64,000 nucleotides of DNA from Nocardioides alkalitolerans (GTDB lineage Bacteria > Actinomycetota > Actinomycetes > Propionibacteriales > Nocardioidaceae), in contig CP116227.1 in NCBI GenBank assembly GCA_038184435.1, forward strand, positions 2,943,814 to 3,007,813. The letters run 5' to 3'. The notes under the pieces were generated by a model that had not been told where the DNA came from, did no database searches, and was given only the letters and a program-made list of their open reading frames with translations. Of this stretch, positions 55,544 through 64,000 are shown piece after piece (position 1 is the stretch's first letter; each line of letters begins with the position of its first letter). Both the position numbers and the translations under genes were made by a program.

Positions 55544-56671
55544 ATGGATGCCGTGCGCGTCGCCGTCCGCGACGACGTCCTGGCCCGGCTCGACGAGATC
55601 GCGGCCCGCGTCACGGCCGAGATCGTGGCCGAGATCCCGGCGTACGCCGCGCTCGCGCCGGCCCAGCTCGCCGAGGTCGACGCGATCGCGCGGTGGGGCA
55701 CGACCCGGGTGCTCGACCTGTGGGCGGAGGGCGCGACGGGGCTCGCGCCGTCGGACCTGCAGCGGTTCCGCGGCATCGGCGCCGCTCGCGCGCTCGACGG
55801 GCGTCCCCTGCCGGGCATCCTCCGCGCCTACCGCCTCGCGGCCACCCAGGTCGTCGACCACATCGAGGCCACCGCCGCCGACCGTCTGGCCGTCGGCGAC
55901 GCGATCGCGCTGTCACGGCTGTGGATGGCGGTCGTCGACACGCTCACCGATGCGCTGCACGACGGCTACGCCGCGGGCGCCGCGCGGGCCGGCGACCGGG
56001 ACGGCGCCGTCGAGCACCTCCTCGACGACCTGCTCGCCGGCCGCCAGGTCGCCCACACCAACCTCGAGGACCGCAGCCGGGAGCTGCAGGTCGTGGTCCC
56101 CGCGCGCCCCACCCTTCTCGTCGTCGCCCTCTCCCCCGACGGGCCGACGCGCGCCGAGCTGGCGGCCCTGGTGGGCGACGACGCGCCGCTCCGGCACCGC
56201 GAGCACCACGGCGTCGCGGTCCTCGACGGCACCACCGCGCGCGCCATCACCCCGCACTGGACGGCGTCGTGGCGCGGAGCGATGGTCCCGAACGACCGCA
56301 CCACCGACCTCCCGCGCTCCTACCGCCTCGCCACGCACGCGCTGCGTCACGCGCCGGCGCACGCGTACGACGAGGGCCGACTCCTCGACGAGGCCGACGT
56401 GCTGCTCGTCGCGCTCCTCACCGGCCACCGGGACACCGATCGCGCCCGCTTCGAGCGCCTGGTGCTGGACGGGCTGGACGACCACCTGCTCGCGAGCATC
56501 GAGGCCCACGTCGCCACGGGTTCCGCCGACGTCGCCGCCGCGCGTCTCGGCGTCCACCCGCAGACGCTGCGCCACCGCCTGCGTCGCACTCGCGAGCTCA
56601 GCGGCCGCGACCCGCGCCGTACCTGGGACCGGCTCGTGCTCGAGGTGGCCCTGCTGGGCCGCTCGGCGTGA
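55544..56671 (+). CDS. PucR/CdaR family transcriptional regulator
   Basis: RsbRD_N-like N-terminus; C-terminal HTH AAARLGVHPQTLRHRLRRTRELSGRD. Confidence 0.88.
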   Translation: MDAVRVAVRDDVLARLDEIAARVTAEIVAEIPAYAALAPAQLAEVDAIARWGTTRVLDLWAEGATGLAPSDLQRFRGIGAARALDGRPLPGILRAYRLAATQVVDHIEATAADRLAVGDAIALSRLWMAVVDTLTDALHDGYAAGAARAGDRDGAVEHLLDDLLAGRQVAHTNLEDRSRELQVVVPARPTLLVVALSPDGPTRAELAALVGDDAPLRHREHHGVAVLDGTTARAITPHWTASWRGAMVPNDRTTDLPRSYRLATHALRHAPAHAYDEGRLLDEADVLLVALLTGHRDTDRARFERLVLDGLDDHLLASIEAHVATGSADVAAARLGVHPQTLRHRLRRTRELSGRDPRRTWDRLVLEVALLGRSA

Positions 56672-56696
56672 AGGTCGGGCCCGGGGGCCCTCGTCG

Positions 56697-56766
56697 TGTA
56701 ACGCGGTGTCCGGGCGACTGTGCACGTGGTCTACCACCTCCATGGTGACCCGGACACCGCGTTACA
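56697..56766. repeat. 70-bp REP/REPIN-like hairpin element, copy 2 (inverted relative to copy 1)
   Basis: Reverse complement matches 53701-53770 at 63/70 positions by manual alignment. Confidence 0.85.
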
Positions 56767-56796
56767 TCCCGTCGGGCCCGGCGACCGCTCGCCCCC

Positions 56797-57813
56797 TCAG
56801 GCGCAGCCGAGCACGTCGTACGCCGCGGCGGCGAGCTCCACGAGGTCGTCGCGCTGCTCGTCCTCGTCGCGGGTGTCGGCCAGCGCCCAGCCGAGGGGGC
56901 TGCGGGTGGCGGTCACGGCACATTCGCCCGAGGCGACGAGCACCGCGGAGTCGCCGTCGACGTACACCTCGTCGCCGTCCACCTCGACGGGGTCGCCGGC
57001 GCCGGCGAGACCCATCGCGAGGTAGCCCTCGTTGGTCACCTGGGAGGCGATCGTCGTGGAGGCCCCGTCCCCGACGTACGCACACCTGATGCCTGCAGCG
57101 CCCACCGCACCGCGGGCGGCGCGCACCTCCCCCACCTCCGCGGTGACGAGCTCGTCGGCGGGGTCGGGGCAGGCGGCGGGAATCTCGACGGCCGGTACGT
57201 CGACGGCGGCGGCACCGTCGGCCACCTCGCGCGCGAGGTCGACGAGCAGCTCCTCGGGCAGCACGGCGTCGGTGTCGTCGCGGAACTGGCTGTCGACGAG
57301 CACGACCCGGTCCCCGGACCGGACCGTCACCCGGAGGCCGTCGTAGGAGTTCACTGCGACGTACGCCTCGTCGCCGAGACCCGCGACCGGCTCGGCGGGG
57401 TCGCTGCCGTAGGGCGTCGCGATCGTCGTCACCGGGCGGCCGTCGTCGAACGCCCGGACCCCCACGTTGAGCATCCCGCCGGCGAAGCCGCAGGCCACGA
57501 AGGTCTCCTCGCCCGGGAAGAGGCCGACGGAGTCGCCGCCGAGGCCCTCCGCCGTGCCGGAGCCGTTCGTGTCGAGTGCCGCCGTCAGCGCGTCCCGCGA
57601 CTCCGCCGAGATGAGCCCGCACGGCACGGAGTCGGCGTCGGTCCCTCCCGTCGCGTCCCACCCGCCTGCACCGTCGCTGTCGCTGCGGTCGCGGTCGCCC
57701 GATCCCCCCGATGCCCCGTCGTCGTCGCCACAGCCTGCGAGCGCCAGCGGGAGGACGAGAGCGGTGACGAGAAGAGCCGCGCGGGAGGAACCGGAGGAAC
57801 GGGAGGAACGCAT
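56797..57813 (-). CDS. Lipoprotein with two DUF3558-like repeats
   Basis: Lipobox LAGC; two Cys-containing repeats each with a GLGDEAY/GDEVY-like motif. Confidence 0.6.
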   Translation of the reverse strand: MRSSRSSGSSRAALLVTALVLPLALAGCGDDDGASGGSGDRDRSDSDGAGGWDATGGTDADSVPCGLISAESRDALTAALDTNGSGTAEGLGGDSVGLFPGEETFVACGFAGGMLNVGVRAFDDGRPVTTIATPYGSDPAEPVAGLGDEAYVAVNSYDGLRVTVRSGDRVVLVDSQFRDDTDAVLPEELLVDLAREVADGAAAVDVPAVEIPAACPDPADELVTAEVGEVRAARGAVGAAGIRCAYVGDGASTTIASQVTNEGYLAMGLAGAGDPVEVDGDEVYVDGDSAVLVASGECAVTATRSPLGWALADTRDEDEQRDDLVELAAAAYDVLGCA

Positions 57814-57890
57814 GCCCCCGCCCTTCCCCCTGGGACGTCATGCGAACCGTCGCCGGGGGCCACCGCCTCGCATGACGTCCGCCAGAGGCC

Positions 57891-57929
57891 TGTGGTCTGA
57901 CCACATGCTACGGTGTGGTCAGACCACAC
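57891..57929. promoter_or_regulatory. Two LldR/FadR-type operators flanking a -10 element
   Basis: TGTGGTC-T-GACCACA (57891-57905) and GTGTGGTC-A-GACCACAC (57913-57929); TACGGT between them; core equals the LldR site TGGTCTGACCA. Confidence 0.85.
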
Positions 57930-57960
57930 GACGAGCAGCCCGCGACCACCGGAGGGACCC

Positions 57961-58659
57961 ATGGCCGAGACGACCCGCGCCTGGCGCACGGTGCTCGACC
58001 ACCTCGAGCGTGAGCTCGGCGAGGGCCGGCTCGGTCCCGGCGACCGCCTGCCCGGCGAGCGCGAGCTCGCCGCCCGGCTCGGGGTCGGCCGCTCGAGCGT
58101 GCGCGAGGCGGTGCGGGTGCTCGACGTGATGGGCGTGGTGCGCACGGCCACCGGCTCCGGCCCGTCCGCTGGCGCGATCATCGTCGCCCGGCCCGGCGCC
58201 GGCATGTCGACGATGCTGCGGCTCCAGACCGCCGCGCAGGCCTTCGGTGTCGACGACGTCGTCGCGACCCGCGTCGCGCTCGAGGTGGCGGTCGTCGGCA
58301 CCCTCGCCGCGGCGTACGACGACGCCCACCTCACGCCCGCCCGCGAGCTGCTCGTCGCGATGGAGGACGCCGCACTGACGCCCGAGGAGTTCCTCGCGCT
58401 CGACGCACGGTTCCACCTCGCGCTGGCGGAGGCGACGGGCAACCAGGTGATGCTCGCCGTGATGGCGGGGCTGCGCACGGCGATCGAGGACTACGTGCGC
58501 CTCGGTCTCGCCCGCATCGACGACTGGTCCGTCACGGTCGAACGCCTGCGCGCCGAGCACGCCGCCCTCCTCGACGCCGTGACCGCCGGACGCGCCGACG
58601 CCGCCCGGACGTGCGTGGCCGACCACATCCACGGCTACTTCGCCCAGATCCGCCCCTGA
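57961..58659 (+). CDS. FadR/GntR family regulator (LldR-like)
   Basis: [28 protein letters not shown]; FCD domain [14 protein letters not shown]. Confidence 0.9.
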   Translation: MAETTRAWRTVLDHLERELGEGRLGPGDRLPGERELAARLGVGRSSVREAVRVLDVMGVVRTATGSGPSAGAIIVARPGAGMSTMLRLQTAAQAFGVDDVVATRVALEVAVVGTLAAAYDDAHLTPARELLVAMEDAALTPEEFLALDARFHLALAEATGNQVMLAVMAGLRTAIEDYVRLGLARIDDWSVTVERLRAEHAALLDAVTAGRADAARTCVADHIHGYFAQIRP

Positions 58660-58700
58660 CCCCGTCCGCCCCACCCCCGGCACCACCCGAGAGGACCCCC

Positions 58701-59939
58701 ATGGTCACCCGCCAGTTCCCCAAGCCCGCCGAGATCTTCGACCTGCTGAAGTTCAAGAAGCCGGAGCTCAACCCCCGCAAGCGGCGGCTGGCGAAGGCGC
58801 TCACCATCGACGACCTGCGGGTGATCGCGAAGCGCCGCACGCCGCGGGCCGCCTTCGACTACACCGACGGCGCGGCCGAGGGCGAGCTGTCGATCCTGCG
58901 CGCCCGGCAGGCGTTCCAGGACGTCGAGCTGCACCCCGACGTGCTGCGTCCGGCGGTCGACGTCGACACCTCGATCGAGGTGCTGGGAGCGCGGAGCGCG
59001 CTGCCGTTCGGCATCGCCCCCACCGGCTTCACCCGCCTCATGCAGACCGAGGGCGAGATCGCGGGCGCCGGGGCCGCCGGGGCGGCCGGGATCCCGTTCA
59101 CGCTCTCGACGCTGGGCACGACGTCGATCGAGGACGTGCAGGCGGCGAACCCGGGCGGGCGCAACTGGTTCCAGCTCTACGTCATGCGGAACCGCGAGAC
59201 GTCCTACGAGCTGACCCGCCGTGCGGCCGCCGCCGGCTACGACACGCTCTTCTTCACCGTCGACACCCCGGTCGCCGGCGCGCGGTTGCGTGACAAGCGC
59301 AACGGCTTCTCGATCCCGCCGCAGATCACGCTGCGCACGGTGCTCGACGCCGCGGTCCGTCCCTGGTGGTGGATCGACTTCATCACCACGCCGAAGCTCG
59401 AGTTCGCCTCGCTGTCCTCGACCGGCGGCACCGTCGGCGAGCTGCTGGACTCGGCGATGGACCCGACGATCAGCTACGAGGACCTCGAGGTCATCCGCGG
59501 GCTGTTCCCCGGCAAGATCGTCGTCAAGGGCGTGCAGAACGTCGCCGACGCGCGCCGACTGGTCGACCACGGCGTCGACGGCGTGGTGCTCTCGAACCAC
59601 GGCGGCCGCCAGCTCGACCGCGCACCGGTGCCGTTCCACCTTCTGCCGGAGGTCGTGCGGGAGGTCGGCGGGGACACCACGGTCATGGTCGACACCGGCA
59701 TCATGAACGGCGCCGACATCGTCTCCTCGATCGCGCTCGGCGCCGACTTCACGCTGATCGGCCGGGCCTACCTCTACGGCCTCATGGCCGGCGGACGGCC
59801 CGGCGTCGACCGCACGATCGCGATCCTCCGGGACGAGATCGAGCGCACCATGAAGCTGCTCGGCGTCGCCTCGCTCGAGGAGCTCGAGCCGCGCCACGTC
59901 ACGCAGCTCGTGCGGCTCGCGCCGCGGCCGCTGGCCTGA
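58701..59939 (+). CDS. lldD: FMN-dependent alpha-hydroxy acid dehydrogenase (L-lactate dehydrogenase LldD-like)
   Basis: [39 protein letters not shown]; downstream of an LldR-like gene with LldR sites. Confidence 0.85.
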   Translation: MVTRQFPKPAEIFDLLKFKKPELNPRKRRLAKALTIDDLRVIAKRRTPRAAFDYTDGAAEGELSILRARQAFQDVELHPDVLRPAVDVDTSIEVLGARSALPFGIAPTGFTRLMQTEGEIAGAGAAGAAGIPFTLSTLGTTSIEDVQAANPGGRNWFQLYVMRNRETSYELTRRAAAAGYDTLFFTVDTPVAGARLRDKRNGFSIPPQITLRTVLDAAVRPWWWIDFITTPKLEFASLSSTGGTVGELLDSAMDPTISYEDLEVIRGLFPGKIVVKGVQNVADARRLVDHGVDGVVLSNHGGRQLDRAPVPFHLLPEVVREVGGDTTVMVDTGIMNGADIVSSIALGADFTLIGRAYLYGLMAGGRPGVDRTIAILRDEIERTMKLLGVASLEELEPRHVTQLVRLAPRPLA

Positions 59940-59986
59940 GCCGCTCAGCCACCCAGCCGCTCAGCCGCCCAGCCGCCCCGCCGCTC
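59939..59986. repeat. 6 x 8-bp imperfect tandem repeat between convergent genes
   Basis: AGCCGC(T/C)C-type units. Confidence 0.7.
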
Positions 59987-61298
59987 AGTCGATCCGCACG
60001 ACCGGCGGCGGGACCCAGCCCGGGTCCCGCGGGTGGTAGAGCCGGAGCATCAGGCGGAACGGGCCGGGCGGGGCGGGCAGCCAGTTGGCCGTCCCGCCCG
60101 CCGGCGGGTACGCCGCGACCTCGACCCGCAGCGACCCGTCCGCCTCGCGGCGCAGGCCCGGGGTGCGGTCGCCCACGGCGTACCGGCCCAGCGGGTTCTC
60201 CACCAGGAGCCCGGCGCGGTGGTAGACGGTCAGCGACCAGAACGCCGCAGCCGGCGGCTGGTCGTCGGCCGCGAAGGTGATCGCGTAGGTCCGCTCCGCG
60301 CCGTCGAGCAGCTCACCCCGGTCGTCGACCTCGGCCACCGGGTAGACGGCCTCCTGGACCGGGTTGACGTAGATCTGCGCCATCGCGACGGCCGCCCGCA
60401 GCGCGAGGTCGGCCCCCACGTCGGGCCCGACCTCGTTGAGCGCCCAGCCGTGGGCGAGCCGACCGAGCGCGCCGACCCGGGCCTCGATCTGGCGCACCCC
60501 GTCGGCGAGGCCGTCCCGGACCGCCTCGGCGAGAGCCCCTGGCGGATCGCCCTCGGTCAGGCCGCAGGTCGCCAGGTCGTCACGCACCTCGGCGGGCACC
60601 GACGCGGGCGCGAGGTCGCGCACGACGCGCGCCACGCTGCGCGCGAACGCCGCCGGTTCGCGCACCTCCGCGTCCCGCGCGACCGCGTCGAGGTCGACGT
60701 CGCGGAGACCGGCGGGAGGCTCCGGCGGCGCGGGGGCGCCGGGCCGGGCCACGAGGGTCACCTCGTCCTGGAGCGCGTGGACGCGGGCCAGGTCCTCCGG
60801 GTCGCCGGGCTCGACGAGCGTGCGACCGCAGACCATGAGGAAGCGGTGCGACGTGCTGACCTCGAGCCGGCCGTCCCGCTCGCGCGTGCCGAGGGGACCG
60901 CGGCGGAACACCAGGGGCGGCAGCTGCGACCCGTGGGTCCGCTGCCCGAGCGACCACGGGCTCCCCGTGTCGGCCAGCCCGACCTGGTAGCTGTAGTAGC
61001 GCTCGCCGTACGCCGGCGTGACCAGCTCGTGCTCCCCGGCGTCGAGGTCGAGCCAGGCCACCGAGTAGAGCGTGTCGACGTTGGGGGCGACACCCACCCG
61101 CAGGCCCGGGTCGGAGAGTGCCCGCTGGTGGCCGATCCGTCCGAGCGGTGCGCCCGCGGAGGTCGCCGGGCGGAGGGCCGAAGGGTCGCGCGGCTGCGTG
61201 AAGTTGAGCCGCACCCGCTGCGCCATGACGCACGGGAAGGCCCACACCTGCAGGCGCGCGGCCGCTGCACGCACCTCGTCGAGCGCCGTGATCGTCAT
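59985..61298 (-). CDS. DUF1254/DUF1214 domain protein
   Basis: PNVDTLYSVAWLDL; EAVYP..DDRGELLDG..Y.ITF..P.AAFWSLTVY..FRLMLRLY. Confidence 0.85.
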   Translation of the reverse strand: MTITALDEVRAAAARLQVWAFPCVMAQRVRLNFTQPRDPSALRPATSAGAPLGRIGHQRALSDPGLRVGVAPNVDTLYSVAWLDLDAGEHELVTPAYGERYYSYQVGLADTGSPWSLGQRTHGSQLPPLVFRRGPLGTRERDGRLEVSTSHRFLMVCGRTLVEPGDPEDLARVHALQDEVTLVARPGAPAPPEPPAGLRDVDLDAVARDAEVREPAAFARSVARVVRDLAPASVPAEVRDDLATCGLTEGDPPGALAEAVRDGLADGVRQIEARVGALGRLAHGWALNEVGPDVGADLALRAAVAMAQIYVNPVQEAVYPVAEVDDRGELLDGAERTYAITFAADDQPPAAAFWSLTVYHRAGLLVENPLGRYAVGDRTPGLRREADGSLRVEVAAYPPAGGTANWLPAPPGPFRLMLRLYHPRDPGWVPPPVVRID

Positions 61299-61363
61299 CT
61301 GCCGCGTCCCTTCCACCGTGATATGAAGTGAGTTCAGTTTAAGCACGAGCACGAGGAGCGTCG

Positions 61364-62683
61364 ATGCGGTTCCGCGGACAGACCCCTGCCGAGGCCGAGC
61401 GCCCGCCGTCGCGTCCCGACGCGATCCCGGCGGACCCCGCGCAGCGTCGGGCGCGCGCCCGCACCCTCGCCGAGCTCGCCACGGTCTACGGCCTGCCCGC
61501 GGTGCTGCAGCACGACCTCCTCCGCCGCGAGACCTGGGGCGCCGACCCACGGCCGCTCTCGACGTTCCGTCACGAGCGCACCATCGCGACCCCGGGGTTC
61601 GGGGGCTTCCGCGTGCCGAACGTCGACACGCTCTACTCGAGCGCCTGGGTGGACCTCACGGGCGGCCCCGTCGACGTCTCGCTCCCCGCCATGGGGACGC
61701 GGTACTACACGCTGCAGCTCCTCGACGCCTTCAGCGGCACCACGAACATCAGCCGCCGCACGGTGGGCGAGGCCCGGGGGTTCACCCTCGTGCCACCCGG
61801 GTCGCCGTGGCCGGAGGACCTCCCGGACGGGAGGGTCGCCGTCGCCGTCGACGCGGCGATCATGTGGGTGCTCATGCGCATCCAGGTCGGCAGCGACGAC
61901 CTCGACGTCGTCCACGCCCTGCAGGACCAGGTGCGCCTCGAGCCCCACGGGAACTCGACCGTCACCCCCGAGCAGCCCGCGGGCGACGTCGAGGCGGACG
62001 CCGCCGCCTTCATGGAGACGCTCGACGCCGCCCTGCGCCTGCAGGGCCACCCCGCCGCCGACGACGCGCTCGTGGCCCAGCTCCGGAGCATCGGCGTCGG
62101 TGGCACCGCGCCGTTCGACGCCGGCGCCCTGGACGAGGCCACGGCCGAGGGCATCGCCGAGGGGTTCGCCGCCGCGATGGAGCTCGTCTCCACCAACCGC
62201 GCGCTCCTCGGCACGCCGACGCCCGGAGGCTGGACCCGCGTGGCCGACAAGGGCCGCCACGGCCACCGCCACCTCAACCGCGCCATCATGAACTTCGTCG
62301 GCCTGGCCGCCAACGTCGTCGACGAGAACACGTCGTTCAACACGTACGTCGACGCCGACGGCCAGCCGCTCGACGGCCGCCGCTCCTACGAGATCGACCT
62401 CGTGGACCCGCCCGAGTGCGGCGCCTTCTGGAGCATCACGCTCTACGAGGCCGGGACCGGGACGCTGTACGACGCTCCCGACCGCCGCCACAGCGTGGGG
62501 AGCGCCTCGGGGGGCAGGACGAGCGTGGCCGCGGGCCGCATCGTCGTCGGACCCGACGCGGCGGACGGCGACGCCTGGCTGCCGGCTCCCCCGGGGCCCT
62601 TCTTCCTCGTGCTCCGCATCTACGTCCCGGGGCCGGAGGTCGTCGCGGGGGCGTGGACTCCGCCGCCCGTTCGCCCCCGCTGA
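61364..62683 (+). CDS. DUF1254/DUF1214 domain protein
   Basis: PNVDTLYSSAWVDL; DADGQPLDGRRSY..FWSITLY..FFLVLRIY. Confidence 0.85.
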   Translation: MRFRGQTPAEAERPPSRPDAIPADPAQRRARARTLAELATVYGLPAVLQHDLLRRETWGADPRPLSTFRHERTIATPGFGGFRVPNVDTLYSSAWVDLTGGPVDVSLPAMGTRYYTLQLLDAFSGTTNISRRTVGEARGFTLVPPGSPWPEDLPDGRVAVAVDAAIMWVLMRIQVGSDDLDVVHALQDQVRLEPHGNSTVTPEQPAGDVEADAAAFMETLDAALRLQGHPAADDALVAQLRSIGVGGTAPFDAGALDEATAEGIAEGFAAAMELVSTNRALLGTPTPGGWTRVADKGRHGHRHLNRAIMNFVGLAANVVDENTSFNTYVDADGQPLDGRRSYEIDLVDPPECGAFWSITLYEAGTGTLYDAPDRRHSVGSASGGRTSVAAGRIVVGPDAADGDAWLPAPPGPFFLVLRIYVPGPEVVAGAWTPPPVRPR

Positions 62684-62691
62684 CCACCGGC

Positions 62692-62742
62692 GGAGTCGTG
62701 GCCCCAGCGGGCCGTTTTCCGTAGCGCTGGGGCCACGACTCC
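62692..62742. repeat. Perfect 18-bp-arm hairpin between convergent genes (terminator/REP-like)
   Basis: GGAGTCGTGGCCCCAGCG-N15-CGCTGGGGCCACGACTCC. Confidence 0.8.
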
Positions 62743-62756
62743 GGTACGGCGCGGGA

Positions 62757-64000
62757 TCAGAGGTTGTCGAGCACGTTCTTGCCGCCGATGATCATCGCGA
62801 CCCCGACGCCGAGCCCGGTCACGACCGTCATCAGCAGCGCCATCGCCGCCACCTGCGGGTAGAACCCGTTGGCCCAGAGGTCGTACAGCCGCGTGCCCAT
62901 CACCTGCGTCGTGGGGGCCCGCACGAGCAGCGAGGCCGCGAACTCGTGCGTCAGCAGGATGAACATGAGCGCGACCGCGCTGAGGATCGCCGGGCGCATC
63001 AGCGGCAGGATGATCCGCAGGTTCGTCACGAGCGAGCTCGCACCGCTGGTGGCGGAGGCCTCGGCGTACGTCTCCCCCAGCGCCAGCAGCGCCGTCATCT
63101 GCAGTCGCGTCGCGAACGGCAGCATCAGCACCACGTAGACGAGCACGATGACCGTGCGCGTGCCGTAGAGGATGAACGGCGGCTGCGTGTAGGTCAGCAG
63201 GAACCCGACACCGAAGATGACGGCCGGGATGCCCAGCGGCAGCGCGGTGACGAGGTCGCCGGCGAGCCGCAGCACCGTGTAGCGACGACCTCGCACGAGC
63301 AGGTTGGCCATGGCGAACCCGAGGGGCACGCAGATGGCCACCGCCAGGGACGAGGCCACGAGGCTCGTCACCACGGAGTCGATGACGTCGGGCGTGCTGA
63401 GCAGCTCCCGGAAGTTGTCGAGCGTGAGCGCGTCCCACTGGATCGTCTCCGACCAGTACGGCGACAGCGCCACCGCGACGAGGCCGAGCAGCGGGAGGAC
63501 GAGCGCGACGAGTCCGTAGACCACGACGGTCGAGACCGCCCACCACGAGCGCGCCGGTGCGGAGCGGAACGCCTTGCCGCCGTGGGTGACGAAGCGGCTC
63601 TGGTTGCCGAGCAGCGCCTTCTGGCCGAGCACGACGACGAGTCCGAGGATGACGAGCGGGGAACCGGCCGCCGCGGCGGCGGCGAAGTCGGCGGGCGACT
63701 CGGACACCCGGCGGTACATCTCCGTGGTCAGCACCTTGACGCCGGTGTTGGACCCCAGCAGCAACGGACCCGTGAACTGGCCGAGGCCGAGCAGGAGGGC
63801 CACGCCGCCGCCGTACACGAGCGAGGGCCGCAGCAGCGGCAGCACGACGCGGAAGAAGACCCCGACCGTCGAGGAGCCGCTCGTCTGCGCCGCCTCGAGG
63901 TGTTCGGCGCTGATGCCGGCCATGCCGGCGCTGACGAAGAGGTAGACGAACGAGGTCAGGCCGAAACCGGTGAGCAGGATGATCCAGGTCGGCGTGTAGA
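62757..64000 (-). CDS. ABC transporter permease, FbpB/iron(III)-thiamine type (5' partial)
   Basis: Two EAA loops (EAAQTSGSS, EASATSGAS); frame open to the window edge. Confidence 0.88.
   Translation of the reverse strand, partial: YTPTWIILLTGFGLTSFVYLFVSAGMAGISAEHLEAAQTSGSSTVGVFFRVVLPLLRPSLVYGGGVALLLGLGQFTGPLLLGSNTGVKVLTTEMYRRVSESPADFAAAAAAGSPLVILGLVVVLGQKALLGNQSRFVTHGGKAFRSAPARSWWAVSTVVVYGLVALVLPLLGLVAVALSPYWSETIQWDALTLDNFRELLSTPDVIDSVVTSLVASSLAVAICVPLGFAMANLLVRGRRYTVLRLAGDLVTALPLGIPAVIFGVGFLLTYTQPPFILYGTRTVIVLVYVVLMLPFATRLQMTALLALGETYAEASATSGASSLVTNLRIILPLMRPAILSAVALMFILLTHEFAASLLVRAPTTQVMGTRLYDLWANGFYPQVAAMALLMTVVTGLGVGVAMIIGGKNVLDNL

Overview
High-GC actinobacterial chromosome segment; gene content and style are most consistent with Nocardioides (inference). 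Housekeeping and metabolic loci: dnaK-grpE-dnaJ-hspR with a HAIR operator, hutF-hutI, ccrA divergent from a probable methylsuccinyl-CoA dehydrogenase, and an LldR-LldD pair with two perfect operators. It also holds many transporters, regulators and hydrolases, plus a probable 6C small RNA. No rRNA, tRNA, CRISPR array or recognisable transposase was found. The most interesting region is 40.3-52.0 kb: three degenerate GGDEF-like proteins, two ECF sigma/zinc-finger fusions, a class E sortase, a lipoprotein and a large 9-repeat LPDTG surface protein whose anchor is cut off by a 1-bp homopolymer frameshift. Other highlights: a DUF445/Abi-alpha-like coupled pair, an SOS-box-controlled frameshifted DUF222-HNH gene, a partner-switching cluster with a Cys-rich anti-sigma kinase, several long palindromic REP-like elements at convergent gene junctions, and a divergent pair of DUF1254/DUF1214 paralogs. 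Family assignments come from motif recognition by eye, not database searches.
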